The notes: generated from the letters alone by a model not told the origin. A stretch of 64,000 nucleotides of DNA from Hydrolagus colliei (GCA_035084275.1 CM068749.1:15562001-15626000); one strand, 5' to 3'; counted from the first letter of the stretch, positions 12,032-26,683 are shown. Made by a program: numbers and translations.

Positions 12032-13437
12032 TAAAATATTTTGACTATGGCACTGACTTTCCATAGTTCTTATCCACTTTCCTTCTGCTGAACATTATAA
12101 TATTATCGAGTCAATCTGTGTGTATATATAACAGGACCAGGTACTAAAAATGATTACAATAGTCATAATTTTCTTTTAAGATAATCATTATATCTCAAAA
12201 TAAAATATTTCACAGTCTTTGTAATAAGGATAAATATTAGTCAGGTATATTAGTTTATGGTATCACCTTCCTCTCCAGTGAACTGCAAGTTGTGCAGGTA
12301 TTATTCAACTAAAAGCAGCCTTTCAGCTTCCAACGTTTCTCTATTTGTGTTTCTGATTTACATGCTGGCCCTGTACAGCATCCTGACAGTGGATGGGGAA
12401 TTTTCTCAGCTTGAATATAGCCCTTAGCCTGCATATATTTTTCAAATGCTTTGACTGTAATGAAGGGAATTGAAGCATCATCAGCAACAATATGGAGGTG
12501 TGCAAGATACAGCAACTGATATTTTATCTCTCTGACAAGCTTAATCTGGTTGAAATATTACTTTTGCAATAAACCGGTGGAAAGGTCTTATAATCTGGCA
12601 CCTGGGCAACTTGGCCAAGTAATGTAGCTTTTGATGTGTGTTTGACAGATAACCAACTCCCTCAATTGAAAATTTATGAAATGAAGAAAAGCGACTTCTG
12701 GATGGTTGGGATCAGCAAGTAATCCAACATTATCCCCTCTCAATCAAAAGATTGAGTGCAGATAATGTGGGGAGTTTCTTCCAGTTGTTTAGTGATGACT
12801 ATCATTTGGTTATATTCTTGCAGAATTGATTACTATAACATCATCCATTTTAGCTGCAGTCTCTGTGGAAATAAAACAAAAGGCCTGCCTCTATCAAGGA
12901 GGGAAAGGAGCTCTTATCTGAATTGCTGGTTTCTGTTATTTCACCCTGAATTGTTTACTTCATGGTAAACTATCAACTCACATAGATGTGAGCTTATCCC
13001 TGTTATGAATCTGCAATGTACATTTAGCTCACATACTCAGAAAAGTGATGGGGGCGGTGATGATAGTTATAGTTGGTGTTGGTAATGACTGGTGGAAGAT
13101 GATACTATGGTATAACACTGAGAATCAGCATCTCAAACAATGTTTCCATGTTTTATGGTTCAGCTTTTAGTCTTGCATCATTGTTACAGTTTCTTGCAAT
13201 GGATTTTGCCTCTCTTGATATAATGATATTTTTAGCAGTCAATAGGAAATAACATTATATTAAGGGAGTTTTAGCATTAAGGGAAGAGTTGTATGTGAGG
13301 CAAAGGCATGGTGCAGAAAACACATAACAGTAGCCTTGATGCAGAAAATGCAGAAAGGTAGAAAAACAACTGTACCAGAGATGCCTTAAGAGGGGAGAGA
13401 CCTAAGACAATGGTATCAGTTTATTAAGAAGGTACAT

Positions 13438-13580
13438 AGGACATTGCTGTGCACAATTGGGCTGCCGCATTCATCTATAAATATCGCATTCATCTCCTCT
13501 ATGATAAATCCAGTGAAGTGATTTGGAATGCCCTCCCGACATGAAAGGCACTATACCCCCCACAAATGCAAGGATGATTA
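13438..13580 (+). mobile_element. Older SINE 3' part with L2-like stem-loop
   Basis: ggacattgctgtgcacaattgggctgccgc...ggaatgccctcccgacatgaaaggcactata...aaatgcaaggatgatt. Confidence 0.7.
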
Positions 13581-15094
13581 GTTACTGGGGAAAATAATGA
13601 TAAGTTACTGTACAACAAACTGGACCTCTCTAGAATGTTGGCATTTAAAAATTCTTTCAGGCGAAAAGAAAATTGCTGTAGTTGTTGAGGAGTTAATGAC
13701 CTTGACGTTTACAATTTATATTACAATATCTCTGAATCCCTCCTTTTTAATAATTTACTGTCAGCAGGTAGCGGGTAGCTGCCAGGCAGCTTTCACATCA
13801 GAAATTAGACGGAACAGACAGTGGCAGCACAAAGATATTATGCAGAAAATTTCATATTATTTGAACTGCAAAGCTGTTCCCTGAAGAGCTACTTTCAATC
13901 ATGTGAATATGTGGACTGAATACAATTATTCATTGTCTGATATAAAAGGTAGACAAATTTATCATTTTTAATGTATTGTTATAGTTGCTTACTCATTAAA
14001 ATGTTTAGCTGAAGAGTTATTCAAGGTTTCAATTATTTTGTTTATATTTTAACAAAAGCTCCTTTGCAATCCTAATGAAATAGCATTAAAGAGCTACACC
14101 ATTAATTTTGGTGTAATTTTTATTTCATCAAAGTTGATTAAGTTTTTGAATTACTTGGTGTAACTAGTTCACATTGATACAATTCGCCTGGGGGAGGAAA
14201 GTCTGTCAAAAGCCTTGCTCCATATAAAATATAGCCAGGCAGCAGAAAAGTTCTTTCTTAGAAGGAAAATAATATTCCCATAATTGATCCACAAGTATCG
14301 TATAAATCTGTACAATCTGGATCATTTTTAATGAGGCATGGAATGTAACAAACACTAAATGCCACAGCATGAATAGCTGAATAGAGAAAAATATTCAATT
14401 ACACTTCATTAATACACTGCTTAGGTTTTATCTGTTACCATGCAATATTCCACATCCACTCTGAACATTACAAAGTGGCATCTGAAAAAATCACCATTGG
14501 AGAACCAAATACCAATTTCAGTATTGTGTTTTGTTTAGAATTTTGCCAAAATGCAAACACCAGCAAGACCCATGAACATTAGTACATTGTTTCTGTTTTT
14601 TCTTAAACAGTTTTAGTCAAATCCACTTAGTCATGAGATTCCATCTAAAAACACATTTGCTTGTTTTTAAATGAGAAAAATTCATATGGCTGGAAAATCT
14701 TTTAGTTTACAAGTTGTATTATGTTGAATGATATATTTACTTCAGCGTGGTAAATGCCATCTCAGTGAGTTCTTACATTCTGAGAGATCAGAATCCGGTG
14801 CTCAGTAACCTCAAATTTCACCATGAATTTGGCAATTTATGGTACTCGTCGCAATTAACTGACTTGATATTTTACACTCTATTTATGAGGGAACAAAATG
14901 GAAAAACGGACATTGGACCCATCAATTGCATAAACAGTGTACAATCTGCTCTATTGTGGAGTCTTTGGCCTTTGCAATTGATTCCATGGCATTATGACCA
15001 GGTAGATATAGACAAAAATATGTTTGAACCACGGATGTCAGGATATTGAGGAATTCCTTTATTATTGGATAAAAAGGCTTGGCGGGAATAATGT

Positions 15095-15410
15095 TTTGGT
15101 GGTATTTGATATGGAGGCAGGGAATATGGCAGGCATGAATAAAAGCAATCTTGGTGAGGGAGCAAAGGATGAGGGGGGAAAAGGAAAGCTGAGGATTTGA
15201 TCTGCACACCAAGGTTGTGAACAATTCAGTGAGGTTGAGAGAGAGGGAAAAGTTGAGGAGGTCAAACCCAGAAGTACAGAGGCAAGGAGGGTGGCAGCCA
15301 TCTTATCATCTGAATCAGTGAGGGAGGCATTGCTAAAAATGCTGGTCATGTCGCTAGGCATGGACAAGTGTGATGGAAATGTGAGAAGTGCTAGATAAAT
15401 ATGTAGATTC
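15095..15410 (-). mobile_element. Ancient L2 ORF2 fragment (post-RT region)
   Basis: 'SNPQLSFSPLILCSLTKIAFIHACHIPCLH' resembles the L2 motif 'DPELSF.PHI.SITKTAYFHLRNIARLR' (motif recalled, not aligned). Confidence 0.55.
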
Positions 15411-18400
15411 AAGAAGTTGACAATGCCTAGAAACCCACATGAATCTGTGAGACTCTATTCAGTCCAAAATTGCTGACTGGAAGCTACCAGTGTTATGACT
15501 TCTTCCTGATGCCTGCAAACAATCTGAAGCTTTTTTTAAAAAAAAACAGCTCAGTTACCTTCGCAAGCATAGGAAATGCAGCGGCTATTAATAAGGTTCA
15601 TTCCAGCCCAGCATTCAACCAAAGACAAATAACAAGAACATTTCTGCCGACATGGAATTAACAGTGACACTGCTGCTTTTCCAATGCCAAGCAGTTGGTT
15701 CTTGGCCTATGAATCCTCAGGGAAGGATCATTTCTCCTTATTGAGGTTCTTTATCTCCCCAATTCTGTATCTCCTGCTGCAACACATTAGTGACCAAAGC
15801 GAACCACTCCACTCATACGGCTCATTTATAACCGACTGCTTGGTGGTGATATTCAAAGCTTAATCGTGTCTAATTATGCAGGTTGAGTGTAAGCCTTGGT
15901 CATGTTTATTTTAGTCAGAGCTGGCTGCTAATAACAGTTAAATTGGCATTTATGTCATCATGTTCCAATTCATTACAATTTGATTTAACTGTGTGTGCAA
16001 AATGGTGATTTACGGGAATCATTGTCAACGTTGCCTCCCTGCCACTGGAAAAACATGATTCCACACGGGAATGTTCTTGTATGTAGGATCATCCCAGCAT
16101 TTAGTACCGTGTGGCAAAACACTTTCACCATTATCTAACAATCGCATTTTCCCATTACTGAGAGGTTTATGAATAAGGCAGTTGTAGAAGTAAAGTCAGC
16201 CTTACCATGCCACATAATACAATGCTAGCATGCTCATCAAATGCATGTTCGATACACTGTCTTTCAATCTAATCATTACTGCTTCCATTTCTGATGTATT
16301 GTTTATTTTTCCTTGTTACTTTGTACCTTAGCCCAATCTCTGCCTATGTTATGGTTTATTTCTAAGCCATACCAATGCTGCTCAATTAGCAGTTGTGCTT
16401 GAATGCTGTTTGACAACTTTTGCTTCTGATTTTCCTTTCCCCTTTGAGGAAGGATCTGTGGGGATGGGTTAAACTGCTCTTGATGCAAATTATATCTTCC
16501 TTAATAATTTGAGTTTGTTATAGAAATTTACACATGATCAAAGTACAGTAGTTGTACTTAGCAGCAAGAGGAATTTCACCTATTGTCTCTGTTTCACACC
16601 TTTAGACAGTTTCACCCAAGTCTGCCACTTTGCGGTAATGAATTTCGGCACACAAATCCACCGGGTCATTATATTCCTCTCCAACAAAATGTTCTCGTCA
16701 GAAAGTACCACGTTGCTGGAAAACTTCTAATTAATTTGCCGTTTAAAAAAATTATAATTAAAAACAGTTCTTTACAAGTCATCATGATATGTTGGATGAG
16801 TATTTGCAAGCAAGACAAATGTCAGTTTCTGATAATTAGCTGATCTTATATTTTCAAATTTGCATCTACTGGAACGTGGAAAGACAAAATGACATTCAAC
16901 CCATCAGCACCAATAAACATCTGCAATCTGCACTATTGTGGACTCTTCCTAGCCCATTAGTGCCTCTTTCATATTGCTTGAGTGCTCTGACAATATCTCC
17001 AACAAGTAATAGCGATATGGAATGGGTAACCTCAACACATGCTTTTCCATTCTGAATCAACCTCGATGCCAATGTAGAGCTCTGCTATTTTGATGATGGC
17101 ACTCAATATTTTAATTCTGTTAAAGAGCTGGGAGTGTTACCCAGGCTTGCCCAGGAGCTTTTAACTTTTTTAAGTTCAAAAGTTTGCTTGAAATTGGTTG
17201 CAGTACGACTGAAGTAACTGTATACTCCAATAAAGGACATTAATTCCACTCTGAAAGTACTCTCCTGGAGGTGGTTTTGGAAGTGGGACTCAGAATAAAA
17301 TCTATGCCCCAAAACCTGATTTATGCTGCGGAAACCATATCGAATCAATGCTAAATGTGCAGTATAAGTGGAGCATTAATCTCCCGAGGAAAGGTTTTGC
17401 AAACTTACTCCCTGTCCCCAAAGGTACATCTGTGATTTAATATATTATGTGAGACAGCTGTGTTTTACTTGTGTGAGGAAATGGTGAAGAAATTATGAAT
17501 ACTGGGCAACCTTAATTAGTGAATGTGCAAATTAAGGATAAGTAGCAAATTAAAGTTCCCATTTTAATTGTATGAATAATGACTTCCCTTTCTCTACAGG
17601 AAAATGAACCCAGTGCATTACTTGTTTAGGATAGAAGAAATTGGAGCATGTATTTATCATTTTTTAAAAAAAATGAATATTTTAAACATAAAGAAAAACG
17701 CAAATTCTGAAATCTGAAATGAAGAGAACAATTTGCAAATGCACAGCTGCCAAATCAGCATTATAAAGAGAAGGACCACTCTCATTCATTTGACTGGCAT
17801 TTTGTGTTTTTATTTAAAGCCCACTTAATTTAGTATATTGCTGTTGATGCATCGACACCTTACCCTACCTTTTATATCTTCAGTGATGTGTTCGTTGAGG
17901 TAACTACCACACCTGTAACTTTTGTAAGTACAGTATTCAGGCTTCAGAAATATGCTGCTAAGATGTAATGACCAGATATTCATGTGAAATCATCTTTCTG
18001 ATGCGACTGCAAATCCGAATTTTGCGATTTGATGAAATGTTTGGACAGCACTGAACAGGAATAGAAGAATCTTAACATTAGATTGATCACAAGCTGTATT
18101 TGCAATAAAGTAGCCCTCGTTGTGATTTTGAGTATCGCAGCGTCTTGATCCAAAATTGTTTAGATTTTTCTTCCTGTGTTAGGAAATGTACAGCATCTTT
18201 TCTAACTGTTTATTTACTAGGAACCACCAAAGTGATATGAAGCTGAATTGTCCCATCCATTGTATCTTTTAATTTAATCCCAGTGGTTATTTGAAATTAT
18301 TCTTGTGTGCTTCTTTAACAAATAGAACTCCACCACTTAATCTATGCAACTATGAACACGACTTCCTGCAAATTGGCCATAAAGAGAAGAAATTGACAAT

Positions 18401-18949
18401 GAAAGCAGGGGTTTCTAAAGTGCTGAGAAATCCAGGCCATTCAAGACTCCTGCATCTGTAATCTTTCAAAAATAATATCTACGACATGTAGGGAATTCTT
18501 TGCTAATTTTTCACACATGTTGCTGGAGGGTTGCCTTTTACATAATGATTTATGGTCAACAGAAGCCTGACCTCTGCTGGATTTATTGCTTTGAGGTTAT
18601 ATCCTCCTGGAATTGAATGATGGTTATCTGGTGAATACTTGGTAGTGTTTATTACAGACTTTCTAACATAACATTCATTGGTTTGCACCAGAACCTGTAC
18701 TTAAACTTTGAAATGTTCTGGCAGAAAATATTAGCCGTTAATCCGATTTGTTAAGCCTTTGCCAGTTGTAACAATCGCTTGATTATGATGAATTATGATG
18801 AATCATTTTTTGATCATTTTTTGCTGATGAAATGAAAAGAGTGTTCTTTATTACTCAGAAGTGGTTTTAATTGATGTTGGGTTCAATGTTAAGTTAACCT
18901 GGAGAGCATTGTAACAGGAATTACTTGAAACCATCTTCAAGAGGTTTTT

Positions 18950-19166
18950 CCCCAACATCGATGGGCGAGCTTAGAGCCATTCTTTCCCCACTCTCTGGTA
19001 CTCTGCCTTCTGGCCACCCTTCCTACCTTGAAAGCCCACCTTAAGGCATTCATTTTTGACCACTCTTTGGATTTCCCCCTCCCAGCGCGGGTTCTGTCAG
19101 CTTTATGAAGCGGTTATAGATGTTCGCCTGTTGTGAAAGGCATTATATAAATGTAAACTGTTGTTT
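18950..19166 (+). mobile_element. Degenerate L2 3' end
   Basis: catcgatgggcgagct...ctctggtactctgcc...aaagcccaccttaaggc...tgtgaaaggcattatataaatgtaaactgttgtt. Confidence 0.7.
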
Positions 19167-19952
19167 TGCTTAGCAGTAACATAATATTGCTACCATTGCA
19201 TACACTGTGTGTATACAGCAACAATTATTGTAAGTAGCACATTGATGATACTGTGTTGTATGGGACCAGTTCAGGACACGTGGCAAGTAAGAACTCAGGA
19301 ACATGAAATAAAAATAGTACAGGAGATAATGCTGAAAGCAAAGCTGTTTATCCAATGTCACAATTAGTGGTTAAAAGTAGACTGCATTTAGTTGATATGA
19401 CAGTAAGTTACTGAAAATCGTTTCTTTGTAAAACTGAGAAAGAAAGGATTTAAGTTGAAGAAAGCATTAGGCAATTCAATGAGGAACAACCATTTCATTC
19501 AGCTAAATTCTGATTGATTTTACTATCAAAATTAATTGAACATATAGGGCACACAGGTTAGTGTGTTGCTGAGCCTGGGAAAGCGAAGCATATTGTCTGA
19601 GAAGAGCAGCAGGCCAGGAAACACAGTGGAGATATTCAGGAGATTTAGCTTGATTGCTTTGAATCAAGATGCATCTCTGCAAAACATTCTCCAAGGAAAT
19701 GTGTGGATGGATTGAATGGAGTCCACAATTGAATAAGTTGTATCTACTCTGCAGATAGTTTCTAAAAAGGTTCTCTGACAATGGAAACCAACAACATTCA
19801 AACGCCTTTGCTAACAGCCTAGAGCAAGGCTATTGTCAACTTAGAATCACAAACAGCACTGACTTTGGTAAGGTAAAAGGTTGCTGCTGTTCAGCTGCTG
19901 TTGGGGAAAGCCTGGTTGGTTGTAATAAATGCATTCCAGTACACCTCCTACC

Positions 19953-20239
19953 CAGGCCCTCTCAGAGGTTCAGAGAAGCCACTTCTGAAAACCTTTGAGG
20001 CCCCTGGCCATAAACAAAAATGACGGTTAAGTTCCAATTCGCAGCCTCACCATATTTAATAACTACAATATTAGTTATTACACACCACATTTTGGTTCAA
20101 AAGGGTTACACATAAAAACTACAAGTCGCGAAACTTAACAAATGGCAAAAAAAAATAACAAGTATCTAAATTTGAGGCCCCCTTTGCGCTTGAGGCCCAG
20201 GCCAAATGGCCCGCCTGGCCTCCTCTCTGATTGGCCCTG
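19953..20239. mobile_element. Non-autonomous hAT DNA transposon (CAGG-terminal), 287 bp
   Basis: Perfect 8-bp TSD CTCCTACC at 19945-19952 and 20240-20247. TIRs CAGGCCCTCTCAGAG and CAGGGCCAATCAGAG match 12/15. Repeated subterminal TTGAGGCCC motifs. Confidence 0.85.
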
Positions 20240-20534
20240 CTCCTACCACAAGTTACAAAGAAACTACATGGACAATATTAAACATTGCAACAGGGATTTG
20301 ACGACAACAAGACAAAAACATTTTGCGAAGCAAATTTATGGCACCCTGTTGTGAGTTTCTGCTTTAAGTCTCCCTGCAGCAGATACAGCAACAAAAAATG
20401 ACGAGCCAACAATACAAAACAACACGAGAGAGCTCATAGTTTAAAAGTAAGATTGCATAGAAATAGATCAGACTTAACAATTTCACCAAAATTGAGTGGG
20501 ACAATTTCACACAACAGAATTTGGATGAAAGTAA

Positions 20535-20725
20535 ACCTTTGGCCAAAACAATCCCCCAAAAGAATTGGTCGTTCACTTCATGGCTGCATGCAGGTTTGTC
20601 ATTGCGTTTGCCCCAAAACAAATGGTCACTTCACTTCTCCACTTATATTTAAGTAAATGCCGTGAAGCATTTTGGGATGTCCTCCCGACGTGAAGGTGCT
20701 ATACCAAATGCATTGATTATTATCA
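20535..20725 (+). mobile_element. Older SINE 3' half with L2-type hairpin tail
   Basis: aattggtcgttc...gcgtttgcccc...gtgaagcattttgggatgtcctcccgacgtgaaggtgctataccaaatgcattgattattat. Confidence 0.65.
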
Positions 20726-23299
20726 ATAATTCAGAGTATGAACTCTCCCGATTTCTCACTATACCACAAGTTGTTTCTTGAATGGGTCTGTGGTTGTATA
20801 TGGATGGTATCTCAGTTGGTATATTGGGAGAAGATCATATAGTGGCTTGGAAAATGGGAACTTCATGCATAAAAGATACTGAACAGTTATGTAGCTCAAG
20901 TCTTCACAAACTGAACCTTATAATAAATAAGGTAGTTAACTACATATGTACTTGAATAGCATCAGGTTGTATTGGTTTTGGAGAAAATGAGAGATATACT
21001 CGTATTTCCTTGAAAATGTTTGACAAAAGAACGAGGGAATCTTTTGTCAAATGCGAGAAAATTAAGGATGTGAAATTGCTATTTCTAGATTCATTTCAGA
21101 GTGTGGAGTTTATTTGGAATGTGTCTTGCGGATTTCACATTCTTCCCAATAGATTTACTTGATATTCATCTGCCTTTAATACCCTTTGTAAAATCACTCC
21201 AATTTCCACGTTCATATGAACATTGCAGGAACTTGCAGTTTCTGAGTGTAGCAAACAGAACTCCCATTTAAAATCCTAACAATATGTAACATATTGTATG
21301 TTTATTGGTACAACTCAGCCCAGATATCATTAATCCATGTTTATGTCCACATTCACAATGAAAAACTAGAGATTAGAGTTGTAACATCTAACTAGTAAAC
21401 TTTTAAACTGTATCTCAGACCTTGCTCATGACTGTCATATTGACTTGCAGCTGGGCAGCACTTTCATTTAATCAATGGGCTGCCCTCATGTGATCACCGG
21501 TCCAGTTATTTTTAGGATATCGGTGCTTTAGAGAATGAGAAGTCGAATTTCCACGAGTGAGATGACCTTATAACTCATGAGTAATGTACTTGCAAAAGTG
21601 TTGCGGTCATTTTCACAAGTAGAAATCCGCATTGAACTATGCGGTAGTCCGTGACACATTTAAAACTGTGTTTCCATTCGTCGATTAAATTTTCAAACAA
21701 CTTGAGGGAGACTTACTGTGGAGTATTGCATAGTAATCCCTGCATTTGAATTAGCACCTTGTCGAAAGGTCTCAAAGCACTTCACGGGATTTACTTTAGT
21801 GCGACTGTTTTTGTAGGCAAACACAGTAGAGATAGAAAATGTGCAAGAAGGAATTTTATGGGATGCATTGAGGGAGACTTGCTCCATTGAAACCCCATGA
21901 AAAATGGTTGAAGTCATAATTATGCAAATATGAATTTTATTTCCATAACTCTGATACTGAACCAGTGTTATAATGCAACAAATTAAGTTACTGTTCCTGT
22001 AGCTCTAAAACAACAGAATGCACTAGTTTTAACAATATATATTTCTTGGTGCATTTTTAAGGAAAGATTCGGATACAGTAATTATATGATCTTCAAGTTG
22101 GTTGGTCCTGCTTAATTGCATATTGCTTAGACTTGTAACCAAGTTAAACCCATAAGAGCCTAAAGTGGTAACTTTCCCTCTGTTATTTAAAATAGAAAAA
22201 TAACTATATAATTGAATTGTTTTGAATTTTTTTTTAGATTTCAGACCAATTTTCACCGTGCCCCACCCCCCACCATCACCATTGTCAATTTGATACAACA
22301 ACAACAAAATTATATTTGCACAGTTCCTTTCAACATCAATCAAATGGAGGAAGTACCCGTAAAGTAATCTGACAAAACAGCTGAACGTACCATTTTGTGA
22401 GGTTACAAATTGCAGTAATAAAATGAATTATAAATGTAATTATTTATTTGTTTCACCTTTTTAATCAGTTTTCTTTATATTCCTTTGGGAAATGAAATAG
22501 AACTCTGATTGGATCTTGTGCTGCCCTGTCTGTCTGTCACCATGAAGGGAATTGGTGCTTTTATGCTTTTGAATGGTATTTTCTGCATTCTTGCATGCAA
22601 TTCATTATTGATGCTGTGTGATTCTAAAGTACGTTTGATATAAAAATGCAAATTGAACAATTTAACGACCGGAAATGATCCACCTGACCTTTGTTAATGA
22701 GCACGCTACAGTTTTTTGGTGCAAGTGTAGAAAAAATGTTACATGACTACATTTTAGGGACCGAGAGATTAATACAGCACTTCTGAGTAAACATTTCATT
22801 AAAAGGGAGGAAATATTATAAGCTCCAAAAGAAATTACCTACAGCTGGTGTGCTTCAAAATGCCTAGTTTTAAGAAAGCCAAAGTTTAACTACATTTCAA
22901 AAAATGAAACACAAAGATACCTTAATAACCTGAAAGGCAGGTGTCCTTAAACTTCTCCCATTACTTTCCTGTAAAAGAATTGGGGAAGCATTTGTAACAA
23001 TGGTTGTCTTAGTGTGACTGTAGGAGAATAAACGATTTACATATGTACCATGTACTCTAGCAAATTGTATTCTGTCTTTTCAAGTGCAGTGAAATTCCAC
23101 CAGGGAGCAGTTATAAGAGTCTTTAGGACAGTGAACATTCGATCCACTGCAGATTGAATTTTCCTTAAAGTTCAGAGACCTGAGCATAATTATTCATTTT
23201 CTTTCCATGCCAATCACATATTCAATCATTTTGCTCATATTCCTTCCTAATACTGCTCCGTCTCCAAATTTACTGTACGTACTTGTAATAATACCAGTA

Positions 23300-23620
23300 A
23301 AATAATACTAATCCTTGGATTTGATATAGTACCTCGTGTCTGTGAGATGTCACAAAGTATTTCACAAAATATGCAGTAAAATGGTGTGATTGTGTATATT
23401 TGAGGCAAACACCATAGCCATTTTCTGCAGAATGGCCTTAGAACGAGTGACCAATTTTAATTGGGGAAAGTTGGCCAGGATACCAGGAAAAATTCCCTTC
23501 TCTTTTCAAGTCGTGCCACGAGATTATTCACGTACATCAAGAAGAGCAGATCTTGGTTTAACATCTCCTCAGAGGAACAACATATCCAACAAGGCAGTAC
23601 AACTCTAGATCTGTGCCGGC
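23300..23620 (-). mobile_element. Deu-domain SINE (DeuSINE-like), degenerate
   Basis: Reverse strand has gagatgttaaaccaag...gtggcacgacttgaaaagagaaggg...tcctggccaa followed by the shared (ATT)n tail. Homologous to 49918-50236. Confidence 0.7.
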
Positions 23621-25129
23621 ATAGAGTTCCAAGTCCCAATGTGCTACTCATCATATCACGTGGAATGCACATGCCAACACAATCTGCATTTCAGTCATCA
23701 TCTAGAGAAGCATGGGGAACCAAGAAGAACCGAGTTCAGAAAAAAGGCCAGCTCAAATTTCTGGAAATGGATTTGTACTAAAATATTGATTGTAACTGTA
23801 TAGCATTACACAGGTTCACTGTATTGTGTATACATGTGTCAAAAATAATCAACTATTCCACAAGATTAGTTGATAAATTATAACATTATTGTCAGAGTAG
23901 TGCTGGGGATTGCAGTGCTAAATCCAAATTACAGTAGGTGTCATCGATGCTCTGTGTATGGATCTATCCTATAACCCTGTATTTTCCATGAGGTTAGAGA
24001 ATTTTAGTAATGGAATGGGCATATCATGTTTTCTCTGAACCGCTACAGTAAGTAGGCCAGTAGACTATTTAGAAAATTCACCATCGGTTTACATTTTCCA
24101 TTGTAAATTAAACATCAGTGATGCTGACCATGGCGTTTGAATGAAGGAATGGATGTTTTAGTATTGAACATGTCACCCATGGAACTCTCTTGTTATTTGC
24201 AGTGATACTTTGGCAAGCTTTAGTCGGTATTGAGATTATTATGCTATAATAGGACAAATTCAACACTGGTTCACAGTAATTATGTAAATTCAATGCTAAA
24301 TTTGTTGTTTAAATTTGCAAAGGTCACAACTGGATCACTTAACAACCCCTAGCAAGTGCTTTGGAAAGGGCTGTTCCAATTGCAGTTGAATTGTTACAAC
24401 TCCAACCAATCAACAGCCAGAAACTGCACATTATCCAGAACCAATATCTCCAATGTCCATTGTCCAACGATGTGCATGGAAACCAGTCTATCTTCTCGTA
24501 GGCACTTGTCTGACACTTTCATATCTCTAACCACTGGAAAACAGGTAGACTTGCAGTAGTTTAAAAATTGAAATATTTGTAACTGGATGATACAACATCA
24601 CACACCGCAAATATTTCAGTTTCCTCTGTAAATTGTGGATACCACTCAAAAGAAGCAAGGACACCATTGCTATGAGTAAGAATTCTGCCACTATGAATGA
24701 GATGCCATGGTTTATATATTTGACGCATGCTAGCACTAACAGATCAAAAACACTGAGTGAGGTACATCCATTCAGGCAGTGTAAATGATTTGCGTGAGTT
24801 AGTGAAATATATATATGGACAGCAGTCAACGCAGCAGAACAAAACACATTCTCTACAACAAAATTTGCCTGTTCTATGTAAATATTATGTCTGAAACGTA
24901 AAGACCATAGCTTAGGCCCTATAGGCTTTACAAGTCCTGACTGTTCTGGGTCATAGTTTGCCAAGTGATTTATGTTGTACGCTACTTGAAAACTGGTTGA
25001 GGTAAAACCTGTTGTGAGGTTTCCCAGCGCCAGGAGCATGTGATTTTTCCTTTGGAGGTTGAATCCAAAGCATCGGTGGCAGCATTAAAATATATCTTCC
25101 AATGGACAAACTTGTACTGTACTAAGTAT

Positions 25130-25460
25130 ATAACAAGATAGGAACAGGCACATATCTTTCAGTTCTATCAAGCTTATTCCACCATTTTATTTGATGATGG
25201 CTGATCTATAGCTAAATAACATTTCCCTGTCCTTTCACCATATTCCACAATACCCCCTCCTACTGAATATTTATCCACCAGCTGCTTTCATATATTTCCA
25301 TCGATCCACATCTACAAACCTTTGGGAGCAGTGAATTTTACATTCTTCTCAGCTCAGGGGAACATAAGCAAGGTTGACCAACCTCTCCTCATAATTTAAC
25401 TTCTTCATTTCAGGTTCCATTCTAAATCAGTGCTCCATGCTTCCAAGCCTAATATATCTC
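25130..25460 (-). mobile_element. Degenerate CR1-like 3' end
   Basis: aagcttattccaccattttatttgatgatggctgatct and later ctctcctcataatttaac...caggttccattcta resemble a CR1 3'UTR and ORF2 end; strongly decayed. Confidence 0.45.
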
Positions 25461-26609
25461 GTGGATTCTATGTGTAATTTATAAAAATCTTGTGAAGCTC
25501 TTCAAAATATCTTCCCAATATGAAAGGTACTATATTAAAAAGAAATGCAAGGATTATTATTATATTTTTGATAATGGCCAACATTTTCAGGTTTTTTGAT
25601 AATGTGATAAGCACTACATCAAATGCATGAATTATTATTTTAGAATCTGCTTTTATATTGTTCTATTATGTCAAAATATCTCCACCATGGCCAAGCAAAA
25701 ACTTAAGACTAATTGGCTTAAAGATTTAAATGGCGTATTTACTGAAACAATGCAATATAGATAACAATGCGCCTGGTAAGGAAGAGCGAGGGGATCTATT
25801 TGGACTGAGGTAAAACCATTAGCAGGAATATAGCTGCTTAGATAACTGAACTTGAGACACGAATGTATCTCAGAGGTCAGTGAAAAGGAAAATCAACACA
25901 GAGATGGAGACTGCGGTTTAGTTTGATGAGGATCAACTTGCAACTGTCCATTTTTATCTTGAAGGAGCGATTGTCACTGTAAGGAAAACACAGAGAATTT
26001 CTGTTTTTTGGAAACAAAACCTGTGACAAAGCCGCTCCTTTAAGACCTTAAAGTGCCAAACTGAATTTACAACATTTCATCTGTGAAGAAAACATGCCTT
26101 CAAGAACATCATTATTTCCTGTGTATAATGAATTTGGAGCCAAACGATATGTGTTTTCCTTCGTTAACCTTTGAAACTTTCGGCTGATTGACAGGAAATT
26201 ACAAGTACAGAAAAGGCTTCCAGCGAAGGAGTCCCCTTTAACATTTGTTTTGATCAGTAATAAACAAAAGGGATCGCCTCCTTCATACGTGTACAACATT
26301 TTAGCTGCAATGCACACCACCGATTGAGAATTGATTACGCATACTTTTCAAGGAAAATCATACTTGAGAGAGGAATTTCTGACATGAATTCTAAAAGCGA
26401 CTGGCGCCAGGCAGTTAGTTAGGGATCAATGAGAGAACAATAGCCGCAGGTAGCTAGTGAAACCCAGTGCTGTGCCTGTGTACTTACATAGCAGCACTCA
26501 CTGCACTAATAAAACACACCAGCCACACACTTACACACCAGTGGATTATTAAATTAATAGAATGTGCCTCCTTTCCCGCCTGTTGAATTAAATACGGTTT
26601 ATGTTACAG

Positions 26610-26683
26610 GAGGATATCATACAGTAAAATTGGTTGCAGCCATATCGTAACTGGTGGTACATTGTGGATTGCAGCCAGTTGAG
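26610..26683 (+). other. Candidate non-coding exon (74 nt)
   Basis: Acceptor tttatgttacag| and donor GAG|gtaagt; stops in all three frames; lies in a repeat-free block with more CpG than its surroundings. Confidence 0.35.

Noticed and set aside
24527-25039. 170-aa minus-strand ORF, the longest non-repeat ORF
   Set aside because: No recognisable domain, composition typical of AT-rich non-coding DNA, and no convincing splice sites.
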